From a virus: a DNA stretch of 64,000 nt. The notes below the pieces were generated by a model. That model worked only from the letters and a program-made list of their open reading frames with translations, was not told the origin of the DNA and made no database searches. Of this stretch, positions 19,782 through 29,382 are shown piece by piece. Both the position numbers and the translations under genes were made by a program. Location: positions 40,108 to 104,107 of IMG/VR virus record IMGVR_UViG_3300005471_000011; one strand, 5' to 3'. Positions within the stretch are counted from its first letter, which is position 1. Each line of letters starts with the position of its first letter.

Positions 19782-20216
19782 ATGAGCGGTCAATCTGCAA
19801 TCAACGGCAAGTACGGCAAAGCCGTCATCGATGGGACGCTTGTTACGCGCCTGACCAATTGGCGTATCAATCCCATCGCAACGACCAGCGTGTGGGCGGA
19901 CAGCGAGAGCGCTGGCTACGCCAACAGCTTGACGGCGCGCAAGCACGCCACGGGCACCATCGGCGGCAAGTTCGACACCAACAAGAAGCCGTACACGATC
20001 TTCGACGTCGGCGATAACGTCATCTTGGCGCTGTTCAATGAGCTTTCCAGCACGCTCTACTGGCTGTTCCTTTCCGCGAACATCACTTCCTTCGAAATGG
20101 AAACCGACATCGACGGTTTGACCGTGGTTGGATGGACGGCCAACTGGGAAGCGGACGGCATTTTCTACAGCCCGTCGCAAAACAAGCCCATCGCGGTGAC
20201 ACTGCCATCGTCTTAG
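19782..20216 (+). CDS. major tail tube protein
   Basis: 144 aa, beta-rich, G.YGKAVI..W.I..A.ITSFE..VGWTANWEADG; upstream of the chaperone and tape measure genes. Confidence 0.65.
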   Translation: MSGQSAINGKYGKAVIDGTLVTRLTNWRINPIATTSVWADSESAGYANSLTARKHATGTIGGKFDTNKKPYTIFDVGDNVILALFNELSSTLYWLFLSANITSFEMETDIDGLTVVGWTANWEADGIFYSPSQNKPIAVTLPSS

Positions 20217-20246
20217 TGAATCGAGCAAGACCGGAGGAGCCTACCT

Positions 20247-20756
20247 TTGGAATCGAACGGAAAGAGCCTCAGCGCCGGCTGCCGCAAGCGGCGCAACATG
20301 CCCATGCAGGACGGGACGCATGTGGAGCTTTACGCTCTGCTGCTGACCGATTTAGCGTTTCTTCAGGAAGAAGCGGCGCACGCCAGGCGCAGGGAGCTGA
20401 TCGAAACCTACGTGCGGAATATCGACCTGCTGCCGGATACAATGTCGCCGGAGCAAAAGCTGGAAATCATCAAGGACGCTTTCAGGCGTGCGGAGGATAT
20501 TCGCGCCGACACCATCGGCATTGCTGGCGGTGATCAGTGGGCGGACAACACGATGCGAGGGTTGCTCACGCAAATCTGGGTCAGCCTGCGACCGGGCATA
20601 CCTGGATTGACGTTTGACCAGACCGCCGAGATGTGGTCCCAGCGCAGCCGCGAAGAGGTCCAGGCAACCGCCGCAGCGGTCCAGGAGATAAGCAAGCCAA
20701 CCCTGGGAAACGCATTGCCCCCGGCGGAGATGGCTCCGGCGGGGGCGGGCCGATAG
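20247..20756 (+). CDS. tail assembly chaperone (gpG-like)
   Basis: TTG start after GGAGGA; ends ...PTLGN at slippery site G GGA AAC. Confidence 0.65.
   Translation: MESNGKSLSAGCRKRRNMPMQDGTHVELYALLLTDLAFLQEEAAHARRRELIETYVRNIDLLPDTMSPEQKLEIIKDAFRRAEDIRADTIGIAGGDQWADNTMRGLLTQIWVSLRPGIPGLTFDQTAEMWSQRSREEVQATAAAVQEISKPTLGNALPPAEMAPAGAGR
20705..20746 (+). promoter_or_regulatory. -1 programmed ribosomal frameshift signal
   Basis: Heptamer GGGAAAC (20705-20711) in correct X XXY YYZ phase, 5-nt spacer, GC-rich hairpin 20717-20746; -1 frame open to 21055. Confidence 0.75.
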
Positions 20757-21055
20757 CCTGGGCCAGAATCTTTCGCACGATCTACGTCGAGTCAATGGGC
20801 CGCGTGCTGCCAAACGACCTGGAGCAGCTCACGCTGGACCAATTCTTGATAACATGGCTGAGCAATGAGGAGCTTGGCGCGGGCAAGACGAGCTTCACAC
20901 CGGAGGAAGCAGCGGAGAAAGGACTGGACGTGGAAGTGGGCGGCAAGACCGGGGTGCAAATCGCGCTAGAGAAAGCCGCCAAGAAGCGGCGCGCCGAGGC
21001 TCGCGCAGCGCGGATCGCCAAGCGTGCGGCGCGCAAGGAGGTCGCCAATGGCTGA
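20705..21055 (+). CDS. gpT-like C-terminal part of the frameshifted tail chaperone
   Basis: -1 frame GKRIAPGG...LPNDLEQLTLDQF; overlaps the tape measure start. Confidence 0.65.
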   Translation, partial: GKRIAPGGDGSGGGGPIAWARIFRTIYVESMGRVLPNDLEQLTLDQFLITWLSNEELGAGKTSFTPEEAAEKGLDVEVGGKTGVQIALEKAAKKRRAEARAARIAKRAARKEVANG

Positions 21056-22322
21056 CATGCTGGGCGAAGCCTACGTTGTCATCCGCGCCAGCATGGACAA
21101 GGTGCGCGGCGACTCCGCCAAAGCAGGCGATGAGATCAAGCGCAGCCTGCTACAATCGCTGACAGGTTTTGATCTGCCGGAAGGCATTTCCCCGAAGATG
21201 ATTGCCGGGGTTGGCGCTGCTGCGCTGGCAGCGGCCGGTGCCTATGGGGTGTTTCGGACGGCCCAAGCCGAGTGGAACGAGAACATCAAGGAAGGCACAA
21301 AGCTATCCGAGGAGTTCAGTAAAGCTGAGGCGCGGCGGCGGGCGGCGCTGGAGGTCAACAGCCGAGTCGGGTTCAACGTCAGCGAGCTGCGAGAACAGGC
21401 CAAGGTCATCGACGACGCAGTTGCCGGTTCCAAAGCGAAGATCACGGAAGCCCAAACTCAACTGTTGGCTTTCCGAAACATTCAAGGCGACAACTTCAAA
21501 CGGGCCACGAAGGACGCGGTGGATTTGGCGGCGGCGATTGGCTCGGACTTGCCATCGGCGGCGCATCTCTTGGGGCGTTCGCTGAGCGATCCGGAGCGCG
21601 GCATGATGCATCTACGCCGGGCAGGCGTGCTGCTGACGGATACTCAACAGAAGCTCGTGCGGCAGTTCGCCGCCGCCGGCCAATCGGCCAAGGCGCAGGA
21701 AGTCTTGCTAGGCGCCCTAGAAAACCAATACGGCGGATTCGCTGAGAAAGCCGTGCGACCATTAGACCGCCTGAAAAGCGAGCTGGAAGACGTGCGGAGA
21801 AAGATCGGCGACATCATGCAGGAGCGAAAGCCGCTGCTGCTGCAAGTAGAGATTGCTTTCGCGCATGGACAATTGGGGTTGGAGGACGAAGTCCAGAACC
21901 TTCTCACGCCGTTGTCGAAGGCGCTGAACACGACCAGCGACAAGCTGATCAATGGACTAATCGAAAACTCAGCTCGGACATGGGTGATGCTCCAATCTAT
22001 GTTTTTTGGTCCGGCTGGCCCAGCAATGATTCTACTTGGAAGGCTGCAACGTGCTCGTCAAAAGCAGTTCGCAGATGCGATGCCGGGCAAGGATGGTCAT
22101 GGCGGTTTGGCACCAGAACCTCCAGAGCGGGAGACGCCGCAGGGAGTCTTCACCGCCATCCAATTATCTAACAAGCTCGACGAAATATACCGCGGCGACA
22201 ACCAGCGGAAACTTCTGGATCTGACGGCTGAGGGCAACCAGATCGCCAAGGACGGGTTCAGCACTTTGGCCGAACGACTGAAGCCGCAGAACGATACCAT
22301 CCCCGTCGCGAGGCCCCGATGA
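21048..22322 (+). CDS. tape measure protein (short, about 424 aa)
   Basis: MADMLGEAYVVIRA start; AQTQLLAF..I.GDNF.RAT..AVDLAA and LGRSLSDP..G...LRRAGV TMP motifs. Confidence 0.8.
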   Translation: MADMLGEAYVVIRASMDKVRGDSAKAGDEIKRSLLQSLTGFDLPEGISPKMIAGVGAAALAAAGAYGVFRTAQAEWNENIKEGTKLSEEFSKAEARRRAALEVNSRVGFNVSELREQAKVIDDAVAGSKAKITEAQTQLLAFRNIQGDNFKRATKDAVDLAAAIGSDLPSAAHLLGRSLSDPERGMMHLRRAGVLLTDTQQKLVRQFAAAGQSAKAQEVLLGALENQYGGFAEKAVRPLDRLKSELEDVRRKIGDIMQERKPLLLQVEIAFAHGQLGLEDEVQNLLTPLSKALNTTSDKLINGLIENSARTWVMLQSMFFGPAGPAMILLGRLQRARQKQFADAMPGKDGHGGLAPEPPERETPQGVFTAIQLSNKLDEIYRGDNQRKLLDLTAEGNQIAKDGFSTLAERLKPQNDTIPVARPR

Positions 22323-23344
22323 CCGCAACCTCGGAGCTAACTCGTTCGCGCTTCTCGACGCCAAGGGGGATCAAGTACGCGCTGACCAAGGGGCCGGACT
22401 TCCAGCGCGAAGCGCACGGCAAGACAACGGCCGAAGCTACCTATCGGGTTTACGGGCGGCAGGTATTGGACTTTATCGACGAGATGTTGCCGCTGCCTTT
22501 CATCCGGGACGGCAAGATCATCCAGCCACAGATAACAAGGATAAGAAATACCGTCAGCCAGGCCGGCGGCGGATATCTGTCAGCGGCGCGAATCAGTTCC
22601 GTCGCGATGGCGGAGCCGGATGGCATCGGGATTATCGATCCATTCAAGCTAGATACGAATGCGGACAGTTTGACAAACGGCCATCAGACCTACAGCCGCT
22701 ATGCGCTGGTGACGATCCAGTACGAGAGCAACATTGACGCGGCGTGGAGCGGCGACCGCACCAACAAGGATGACCCGGTTCGGTTCCTGGACATGACAGT
22801 TGGTGCGAATTTTGAGTTCTATTCCATCAAGTCGAACAGCAACTTACTCGGAGCCTCTCCTGAATTATCCGTGTCCGCCGGTGCGGCAGTCGCAACTCCG
22901 ATCAAAGACCTGACCGCTCCAGTCGTCTATTTACGTCCGCTGGTCGAACACACTGGCCATTGGGCCTGGGCCGTGAACCCAAACTTCGGAAAAATATGGG
23001 AGCAACTTGGCTCGGTCAATTCGAAGAAGCTGAGCTACATCAAGGATGCCGAGCCGGAGACGGTGATGTTCATGGGGATCGCTGGCAGGCAGGAATACCG
23101 CCATGCCGGGAACTCACGGACGCTTCGCACGTGGGCGCTTGATTTTAGGTTTCTTCAGCGGCAGATTCGCGCACCGGCAATCGTCAACGGACTGGAGTCA
23201 ACGGTGCTCTGCGGTTGGAATCACACCTACGATGCCAGCACGCAAAGCTTCATCCGGCTGTATCGAAGGCCAAGTCCAAACGCTTCTCGCGTTCCTCTGT
23301 ATCGGCTTTCCGACTTCTCTGACCTCTATGAGACTGGGCCATAA
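22319..23344 (+). CDS. distal tail/hub protein
   Basis: Directly after the TMP; GSVN..F..ETVMF.G, GWNH, LY..SDFSDL motifs. Confidence 0.5.
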   Translation: MTATSELTRSRFSTPRGIKYALTKGPDFQREAHGKTTAEATYRVYGRQVLDFIDEMLPLPFIRDGKIIQPQITRIRNTVSQAGGGYLSAARISSVAMAEPDGIGIIDPFKLDTNADSLTNGHQTYSRYALVTIQYESNIDAAWSGDRTNKDDPVRFLDMTVGANFEFYSIKSNSNLLGASPELSVSAGAAVATPIKDLTAPVVYLRPLVEHTGHWAWAVNPNFGKIWEQLGSVNSKKLSYIKDAEPETVMFMGIAGRQEYRHAGNSRTLRTWALDFRFLQRQIRAPAIVNGLESTVLCGWNHTYDASTQSFIRLYRRPSPNASRVPLYRLSDFSDLYETGP

Positions 23345-24828
23345 TGCTTCGCGCAGACTTCCGCGACACACCGATGATCCCGACCGGGGGACTGCTCAAT
23401 GAGATGAGCGGTGGCGTCAACGCTGTCCAACCCGCTGGGCTATCGAGCTTCAATCAGGGGATATTTGGAAAGCACGTCGGGACGCCAGAAACGATCATCG
23501 GTACGGCGGTGATCACGGATGACAGCAACCTCTGCCAGATTCCTGCAGGCCAGACGGAGACAGATGCCCCATGCGGGCGCGAAGGAAAGTACGCGGCGGT
23601 CTTTCGCTACCACGACGGCAACCGCTGGCAGAACCGCGAGACGGTGCTGCGGATCGACGCGGGAGGCTACCACAATGGTACGCCTGGGCAAGGCAACATC
23701 CCCATCTACGGCGTCGGCGACGTCGTCCCGGCGTTCTACGATCAGCAGAGGCTGTGGTGCATCCCCATCCAGTCGCCGCCCGACAGGGATTGCGTGGCGG
23801 CGTTCCGCGGGCAGACAAATCAAGGCGTGCCGCGCGGCCAAGCGGGGGACTGCCTATCTCCGGATGCTGCGGAGGTTCATTGCCAGCAGTTCCGCTCTTC
23901 GTTCGGCAATTGGAAGTCATTGACGCCAAAGCTGATCTTTCCACCTATGCGGCAGAAGGACGGGCACATAATTGCGCAGTGCAGCGCGATCACGGTCTTG
24001 CACCACATGGAAGAGGTCCGGCTGGCTTGCGTCATGCATCAGCACTCGCGAGCGGTGCTGCGGATTCCCGGCCACGGCATCGACTTTCGGTTCATCGCCA
24101 AGCTTGGCGCCGGCGCAGGTTCCGGAGTGGCACCGCTGATCAACACTCCCAAGGGCGTGGCGACTCTGGGCGGGCTTGCCAAATACGCGGAATCCTCCGG
24201 CAGGTTCATCGGCTCGCCGGCGGTTCTGTCTTTCGGCAATTCCATCCGCGTGGCGATGGCCAGCGCCAACGATGAGTGGTTGGTGGAGCTGACCTGGGGC
24301 GCGGAGGTCATCCAGGACAATCTGACGACGTTCGCCAAGATCAAGGTGCCGCCGGGGGACAGCTCCGGCAACACCTTGCAAACCGGCGAGTTCATGGACC
24401 CCATCGAGGACGCTTACCACGATGCGATCCTGGTCAAAGACCACACCGGCGCAGAGTACACGGATCGCACGATGAGAATCTGGCTGTCCTTTATCGACCG
24501 CTGGTCATCGGACATTGTCGCAGGGGAGCAGGGCAGGGTTTATGGTCCCGTGGAGTACGCCGGCATCGTCACTGCCGGCGGCGAAGAACGACCGCTATAT
24601 GTGACGACGGCAATCGAGGAGGAGTATTTTGCCAAGACCGTTAACGGCAGCGGCACGATGGCGAAGGATACCAGCGAGAGCTTCCTGCTGTACTACAAGA
24701 ACTGGCAGCCATCTAAGGTGACGAAGAACGCTACAAGTTCCTTCGGCGCGATCAAGCGTGGCAAACGGTGCGTGCTCAAGCGCATGAACGGGTTCCTGGT
24801 CGCCAGCCAAGCGGAGTGCGGCTCGTGA
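23344..24828 (+). CDS. putative tail tip protein
   Basis: 494-aa ORF coupled to the upstream gene in the tail module. Confidence 0.45.
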   Translation: MLRADFRDTPMIPTGGLLNEMSGGVNAVQPAGLSSFNQGIFGKHVGTPETIIGTAVITDDSNLCQIPAGQTETDAPCGREGKYAAVFRYHDGNRWQNRETVLRIDAGGYHNGTPGQGNIPIYGVGDVVPAFYDQQRLWCIPIQSPPDRDCVAAFRGQTNQGVPRGQAGDCLSPDAAEVHCQQFRSSFGNWKSLTPKLIFPPMRQKDGHIIAQCSAITVLHHMEEVRLACVMHQHSRAVLRIPGHGIDFRFIAKLGAGAGSGVAPLINTPKGVATLGGLAKYAESSGRFIGSPAVLSFGNSIRVAMASANDEWLVELTWGAEVIQDNLTTFAKIKVPPGDSSGNTLQTGEFMDPIEDAYHDAILVKDHTGAEYTDRTMRIWLSFIDRWSSDIVAGEQGRVYGPVEYAGIVTAGGEERPLYVTTAIEEEYFAKTVNGSGTMAKDTSESFLLYYKNWQPSKVTKNATSSFGAIKRGKRCVLKRMNGFLVASQAECGS

Positions 24829-24833
24829 TCGGC

Positions 24834-25565
24834 ATGGCTGGAGAAATCTGCTGCTGCGGAATGCCGGTTGTCGCTCTATGGACGCTGGACTCAAGTTGGC
24901 ACTACGCACAGCTTTGCAGCTTCGAGTCGGCCGACGGGTGCTTCCCGACGGTGGCTTTGACGGCACCACCTTGCGCCAGCGCTTCCATCGAATGCCCGAC
25001 GAAACCGGAGACGGACCCGGACGGTAGCGGGGTTGGCACACCAAAGTCCAGCGACATCGACCGATGGAACGAAGATCGAATCGCACTGAACACGTACCGG
25101 TCCGCGCACGAGGACCGCTGGCCAATCGCTATCGGGGAGCTTGGAGGTAAGTTCCGCAACTGGGCCGGAGTCATCGGCGCTCTAATGCCTAGCGGGGAGG
25201 CCAACGCCAAGGACACCTACGGCGACGTGGAAATAAGATTCACGGGGACCAGCCCCACGGCTCGTGTCACGCTCGCGGATCTCCAAGACTTATTTGACGA
25301 CTTGTTCGCCAAGCACAACTTGGGTGGCAAGACGGGGACGGCGACGCTTCTGCTCGGCGTTGATAATTCAGGATCGATCACGCTCAGCCAATGGCCAGCG
25401 GCGGTCAAGGCGAGTTTTTTGGCTTACATTGCCTCGGACTATCCCAACGTGACCATCCGCGAATACACATTGACCATCGCTTTGTCTTCGGGGGACACGG
25501 AGCGGTGGCTGAAGCAGATCAAAGATCAATATCAAATCTTAATTCAAGCAGCGGAGGGGCCGTGA
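24834..25565 (+). CDS. putative tail protein with vWA-like MIDAS motif
   Basis: Cys-rich N-terminus (CCCG) and LLLGVDNSGS (DxSxS). Confidence 0.45.
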   Translation: MAGEICCCGMPVVALWTLDSSWHYAQLCSFESADGCFPTVALTAPPCASASIECPTKPETDPDGSGVGTPKSSDIDRWNEDRIALNTYRSAHEDRWPIAIGELGGKFRNWAGVIGALMPSGEANAKDTYGDVEIRFTGTSPTARVTLADLQDLFDDLFAKHNLGGKTGTATLLLGVDNSGSITLSQWPAAVKASFLAYIASDYPNVTIREYTLTIALSSGDTERWLKQIKDQYQILIQAAEGP

Positions 25566-25873
25566 AGTGCGACCCGCAAAAGATCGGCGTGGCGATGGCC
25601 GTGTGCCGAGTCTGCAGACAGCCGTTGCAAGGAGATTCCTTGCCGGACTGTCCAGGACCAGGGACAGCGCAGCCTGCCTCGCCGCAATCCACCAACGAGT
25701 TCACCGCCCAGGAGATTGCGGTGCTGCTGCCGGGCATCGAGGATCAGACTTTGATCGGGAACAGGTTGGCGGCAATGTTCAAGGAAATTGGCTTTCCGCC
25801 GTGCGAAGCCTGCGACGACAGGCGAGCGTATCTGAACCGCGCTGAACTTTGGCTGCGAAACTATCTCGGATAG
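25562..25873 (+). CDS. small Cys-rich hypothetical protein
   Basis: CRVC and PC.AC..RR.YLN motifs; GTG start coupled to the upstream stop. Confidence 0.5.
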   Translation: MKCDPQKIGVAMAVCRVCRQPLQGDSLPDCPGPGTAQPASPQSTNEFTAQEIAVLLPGIEDQTLIGNRLAAMFKEIGFPPCEACDDRRAYLNRAELWLRNYLG

Positions 25874-25921
25874 TGCCGCGAGACTCGCGGTGATATGCTT
25901 TGAGGCAACAGGAATCCAAGC

Positions 25922-27634
25922 ATGGGCGTCAGGTCTGCCACCGGCACATTCTCCTTGCTGGCCAAGGTGGAGTTGACCAATGCGCAGGACGATGCCCAAA
26001 CCGGCACGGCCAACCTGGGCACGTTCATCCGGCAAGCCCTGGAAAACGGCGTCGCGGAAAACCAGATCGACAGGGCCTGGAGCAACCAAAGCGGCTACTT
26101 GCAATCCGGGGAAACGCTGGACATCTCCCTGAGCACCTTTGCCAACCAGAACCTGGGCATGGGCCACGGCAAGGATGCGCTGGGCCAGACGATGGACCTG
26201 CTGGCGATTGTCGGATTCGGTTTGACGCAGACCGCCGGCGCCGGCCGCCTTGAATTGAATCCCAGCCTGCCGGCGAGTAATGCGACATGGGTGCCAACTT
26301 TGAGTGTCGCTAACGGCGGCGCGTTCTATCCGGGCCGGGCAATCGCATTGTTTGCGCCGGGAGAACCGGCGATTAACATCACCCCCGGCAGCGCGGACGT
26401 CATCCGCTTGAAGGCGACGGGCGGTGACGTCAACTATTCCCTGGCGATTCTGGGCCGGCACGACGAGGAGGAAAGCAGCTCGTCCAGCACGAGCAGCACT
26501 TCGTCCGTGAGTAGCTCGTCATCGAGCACGAGCACGAGCACCAGCTCCCAGAGCACGGAATCCAGCAGCACGACTTCGAGCGTTTCTAGTTCATCTACGA
26601 GCGCAGACACTTCCAGCGTCAGCTCGTCCAGTAGCTCGACCTCGTCAGTATCTTCCAGCTCAACCAGCAGCGTCAGTTCATCGAGCAGTTCGAAGTCCGG
26701 TGAGAGTTCAACACGGTCGAGTTCATCCACCTCTTCGGCATCGAGTTCGAGCACGTCTTCGGCTAGTAGCAGCTCCACAAGTTCGGCGTCGTCTAGTTCC
26801 ACCAGTTCGGTGTCGAGCAGCAGCAGCTCCCAGAGCTTCTCGTCCGCGTCATCCAGTTCCACGAGCACGCTATCGAGTTCCAGCACTTCAAGCGCAAGCT
26901 CGTCAAGCTCGTCGAGTTCGAGTTCGTCGAGTCAGTCGGCTTCTAGCCAGTCCAGCCTTTCCTCCTCCAGTACAAGCAGTGCATCGTCATCATCGTCCAG
27001 CACGCTGACCGGAAATCTGCGATTCTCCGATTCATTCAACCGTGAGCTTCTGGGATTGACAGACGGATTGGGCTATACCGCGGCAGGGTTTGAAGATCTT
27101 GGAACCGGAGGAAGCGGCTTTGACTTAAATTCCGCCAACGGGGCGAACATCGTAGCGAACAAGATGCGTCTCAATTACGTCGATGGAGACGCGGAAGTCA
27201 ACGTCATCATTTTCCCGAACGTCAACGGGGACATCTACGCCTATTATCGCCTTGCATTTCTTGGGACGTCCTCGTTCGTCGCGCTGCGCCTCTACACGGC
27301 GAGCGATCTATCCACCTGGGTGGAAGTGCGGTTCACAAACGCGGTGGACGAGTTCGACAACGACAAAATCTCGATCCGGACGCAAAGCGCCACGCTCGAC
27401 GAGGAAATTGCCGGCAGTGCCGTTCCTAATGTATATCTCCAGTTGGAGGGAACTGTCCTGTCCGCCCAGTGGGAGGACGTTGTCGTGTCCGCTGATCTTG
27501 GTTCAGTGCCGACGTTCTACCGCGCCGCCATCGTCGCGCAGAACAAGGACCTGGACACCGGGATCGCGCACGAGTTCGACAACTGGTTTGTCTGCACGGT
27601 GGTCCCGACCGGCACTTCCACTTGGCCGCTCTAA
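25922..27634 (+). CDS. poly-Ser structural protein with C-terminal ConA-like domain
   Basis: N-terminal domain paralogous to 18999/27638 ending GRHDEEE; about 175-aa Ser tract; FSDSFNR..FDNW C-terminal domain. Confidence 0.7.
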   Translation: MGVRSATGTFSLLAKVELTNAQDDAQTGTANLGTFIRQALENGVAENQIDRAWSNQSGYLQSGETLDISLSTFANQNLGMGHGKDALGQTMDLLAIVGFGLTQTAGAGRLELNPSLPASNATWVPTLSVANGGAFYPGRAIALFAPGEPAINITPGSADVIRLKATGGDVNYSLAILGRHDEEESSSSSTSSTSSVSSSSSSTSTSTSSQSTESSSTTSSVSSSSTSADTSSVSSSSSSTSSVSSSSTSSVSSSSSSKSGESSTRSSSSTSSASSSSTSSASSSSTSSASSSSTSSVSSSSSSQSFSSASSSSTSTLSSSSTSSASSSSSSSSSSSSQSASSQSSLSSSSTSSASSSSSSTLTGNLRFSDSFNRELLGLTDGLGYTAAGFEDLGTGGSGFDLNSANGANIVANKMRLNYVDGDAEVNVIIFPNVNGDIYAYYRLAFLGTSSFVALRLYTASDLSTWVEVRFTNAVDEFDNDKISIRTQSATLDEEIAGSAVPNVYLQLEGTVLSAQWEDVVVSADLGSVPTFYRAAIVAQNKDLDTGIAHEFDNWFVCTVVPTGTSTWPL

Positions 27635-27637
27635 CCC

Positions 27638-28342
27638 ATGTCCAGCCGCGAAGCTACCGCCGATATCAAACTCGTCCTGGAGGCGACGATTGTCAATGCG
27701 CTGCCCGATGGGCAGGAGCCATCGGCAGGGCTAGGACTGACGGTCGCTACTAAGTTCGACAGCGGCACATCCGAGAATCAGTACAACCGCGAATGGGAGG
27801 ACAAGCGAACGCTGCTGTCCGGCGCTTCGGAAGACTTGGACTTTTTCGACTTCACGGGATTCGACATCGGTGCAGGAGCGGGCAAGGATGCCTTGGGGCA
27901 GGACTTGCGGTTGCAGGAAATCGTCACGCTGATCATTCAGCAGACCGGCGGCGATGGAAAGCTGGAAATCAACGCGACCGATCCTACGGGCATGCTGCTG
28001 TGGGTGCGCAGGTTCACAGTGGCCAATGGCGCGGCGACAGGTAAGACGTTGCTGTTCATGCACTCGCCGGGCGAGATCGGCTATCCGGTGATTGAAGGAT
28101 CTTCATTCGAAGTCCGGGTAAGTGCCAACGGCGGGGACGTTGAATACACGGTCGTCGTGCTGGGGCGCGACACCGAAGAAGAATCTACGAGCAGCCGGTC
28201 ATCGAGCAGCTCCAGCGTCAGCAGTATTTCCAGCAGCTCGACAAGTTCACGGTCCAGTTCGTCCACGAGCAGCGCGAGTAGTTCGTCAGTATCTAGCAGC
28301 TCGACGAGCAGCGTATCCTCTTCCAGTAGCAGTTCGTCATGA
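27638..28342 (+). CDS. poly-Ser structural protein (paralogue)
   Basis: Same domain ending GRDTEEE plus a terminal Ser tract. Confidence 0.7.
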   Translation: MSSREATADIKLVLEATIVNALPDGQEPSAGLGLTVATKFDSGTSENQYNREWEDKRTLLSGASEDLDFFDFTGFDIGAGAGKDALGQDLRLQEIVTLIIQQTGGDGKLEINATDPTGMLLWVRRFTVANGAATGKTLLFMHSPGEIGYPVIEGSSFEVRVSANGGDVEYTVVVLGRDTEEESTSSRSSSSSSVSSISSSSTSSRSSSSTSSASSSSVSSSSTSSVSSSSSSSS

Positions 28343-29382
28343 GCCAGGAAACACGCGCGGAAGGAATCGCCCGACGCCGGCGGGAGCGTGAGGCTCGCAA
28401 GGCGGCGAGGGAAGCCAAAAGCCAGCAGCGGCAGGCGCAACGCGAGGCAATGGGCGGACCCATGCCGGAAGCAATGGCCGATCCCGGCACGGATGATCCG
28501 CTGGAGGTCTGCGACCGGGACAAGCGGCCGACGCACGCCATGCGCAACCAGTGGGCGGGCTGCGCGGCGTTCCTCGTCTGCGGGGGACCGAGCCTGCGGC
28601 AGATCGACCTATCGTTCCTGCGCGAGCGCGGGATCGTTTCGCTTGGCATCAACAACGTCGCGGGATACGCTCCCGTCCGCGCGTGGTGCTACAGCGACTC
28701 CACACACAAGTTCCACCACGGGATATTCTTCGATCCCAACATCATCAAGTTCGTTCCCAAGCCGAGATTAGAGAAGAACGACAAGAGCCGCGTGCGCGCC
28801 AAGCTGCCGGACGGAACGTTTCGCTGGACCGGCAGGCACGTTTCGCAGTGTCCCAACGTGTTCGGGTTCCCTCGCGAGACGAAGTTCTTCCCGGAGCAGT
28901 TCTTCTCGCTGCCGTATGCCAGTTGGGGTGCGAGCGACAAGCACCCGGAGATGAACTACCGCGCAAAAAACATTTTCACGTTCTTCATCGGGTTCCGGCT
29001 GCTCCACTACCTGGGCGTGCGACGGGTTTACATGTTGGGCGTGGACTTCAAGATGGACGCCGCGCAGGGTTATGCTTTCGGTCAGGCGCGCTGGCCCGGC
29101 GCCGTCAACGGCAACAACGGCAAGTACCGGATCGCCACGGGCATGCTCCAGGAGTTGCGCCCGCATTTCGAGAAGGCTGGGTTCGAGGTTTATCAGACCA
29201 ACCCGGACAGCGCGCTGCGGGTATTCGATTACGTTCCGCTGGCGACCGCCATCCAGGATTGCCGGGGAGCGGTTCCGCCGGAACCGTGGTCAGAAGATGC
29301 CTTGGAGGGGTGGTACGAAGATATCACCCCGGAAGGGCAGCAGAAGCCGACGGATGCGCCAGAAACCGCAGAAGAGGACTGA
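28339..29382 (+). CDS. DUF115/Maf-like (MptE-like, sialyltransferase-like fold) putative glycosyltransferase
   Basis: AFLVCGGPSL, GINN, YLGVRRVYMLGVDF, N..SAL.VF motifs. Confidence 0.65.
   Translation: MSQETRAEGIARRRREREARKAAREAKSQQRQAQREAMGGPMPEAMADPGTDDPLEVCDRDKRPTHAMRNQWAGCAAFLVCGGPSLRQIDLSFLRERGIVSLGINNVAGYAPVRAWCYSDSTHKFHHGIFFDPNIIKFVPKPRLEKNDKSRVRAKLPDGTFRWTGRHVSQCPNVFGFPRETKFFPEQFFSLPYASWGASDKHPEMNYRAKNIFTFFIGFRLLHYLGVRRVYMLGVDFKMDAAQGYAFGQARWPGAVNGNNGKYRIATGMLQELRPHFEKAGFEVYQTNPDSALRVFDYVPLATAIQDCRGAVPPEPWSEDALEGWYEDITPEGQQKPTDAPETAEED

Noticed and set aside
11672-28536. Minus-strand Glu/Leu/Asp-rich ORFs (11672, 13277, 13697, 14255, 19205, 26434, 28081)
   Set aside because: They are antisense shadows of the poly-Ser codons.
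28551-29381. N-terminal extension of the exonuclease ORF (453 aa in the track)
   Set aside because: Overlaps the DUF115-like gene; the real start is the coupled ATG at 29382.
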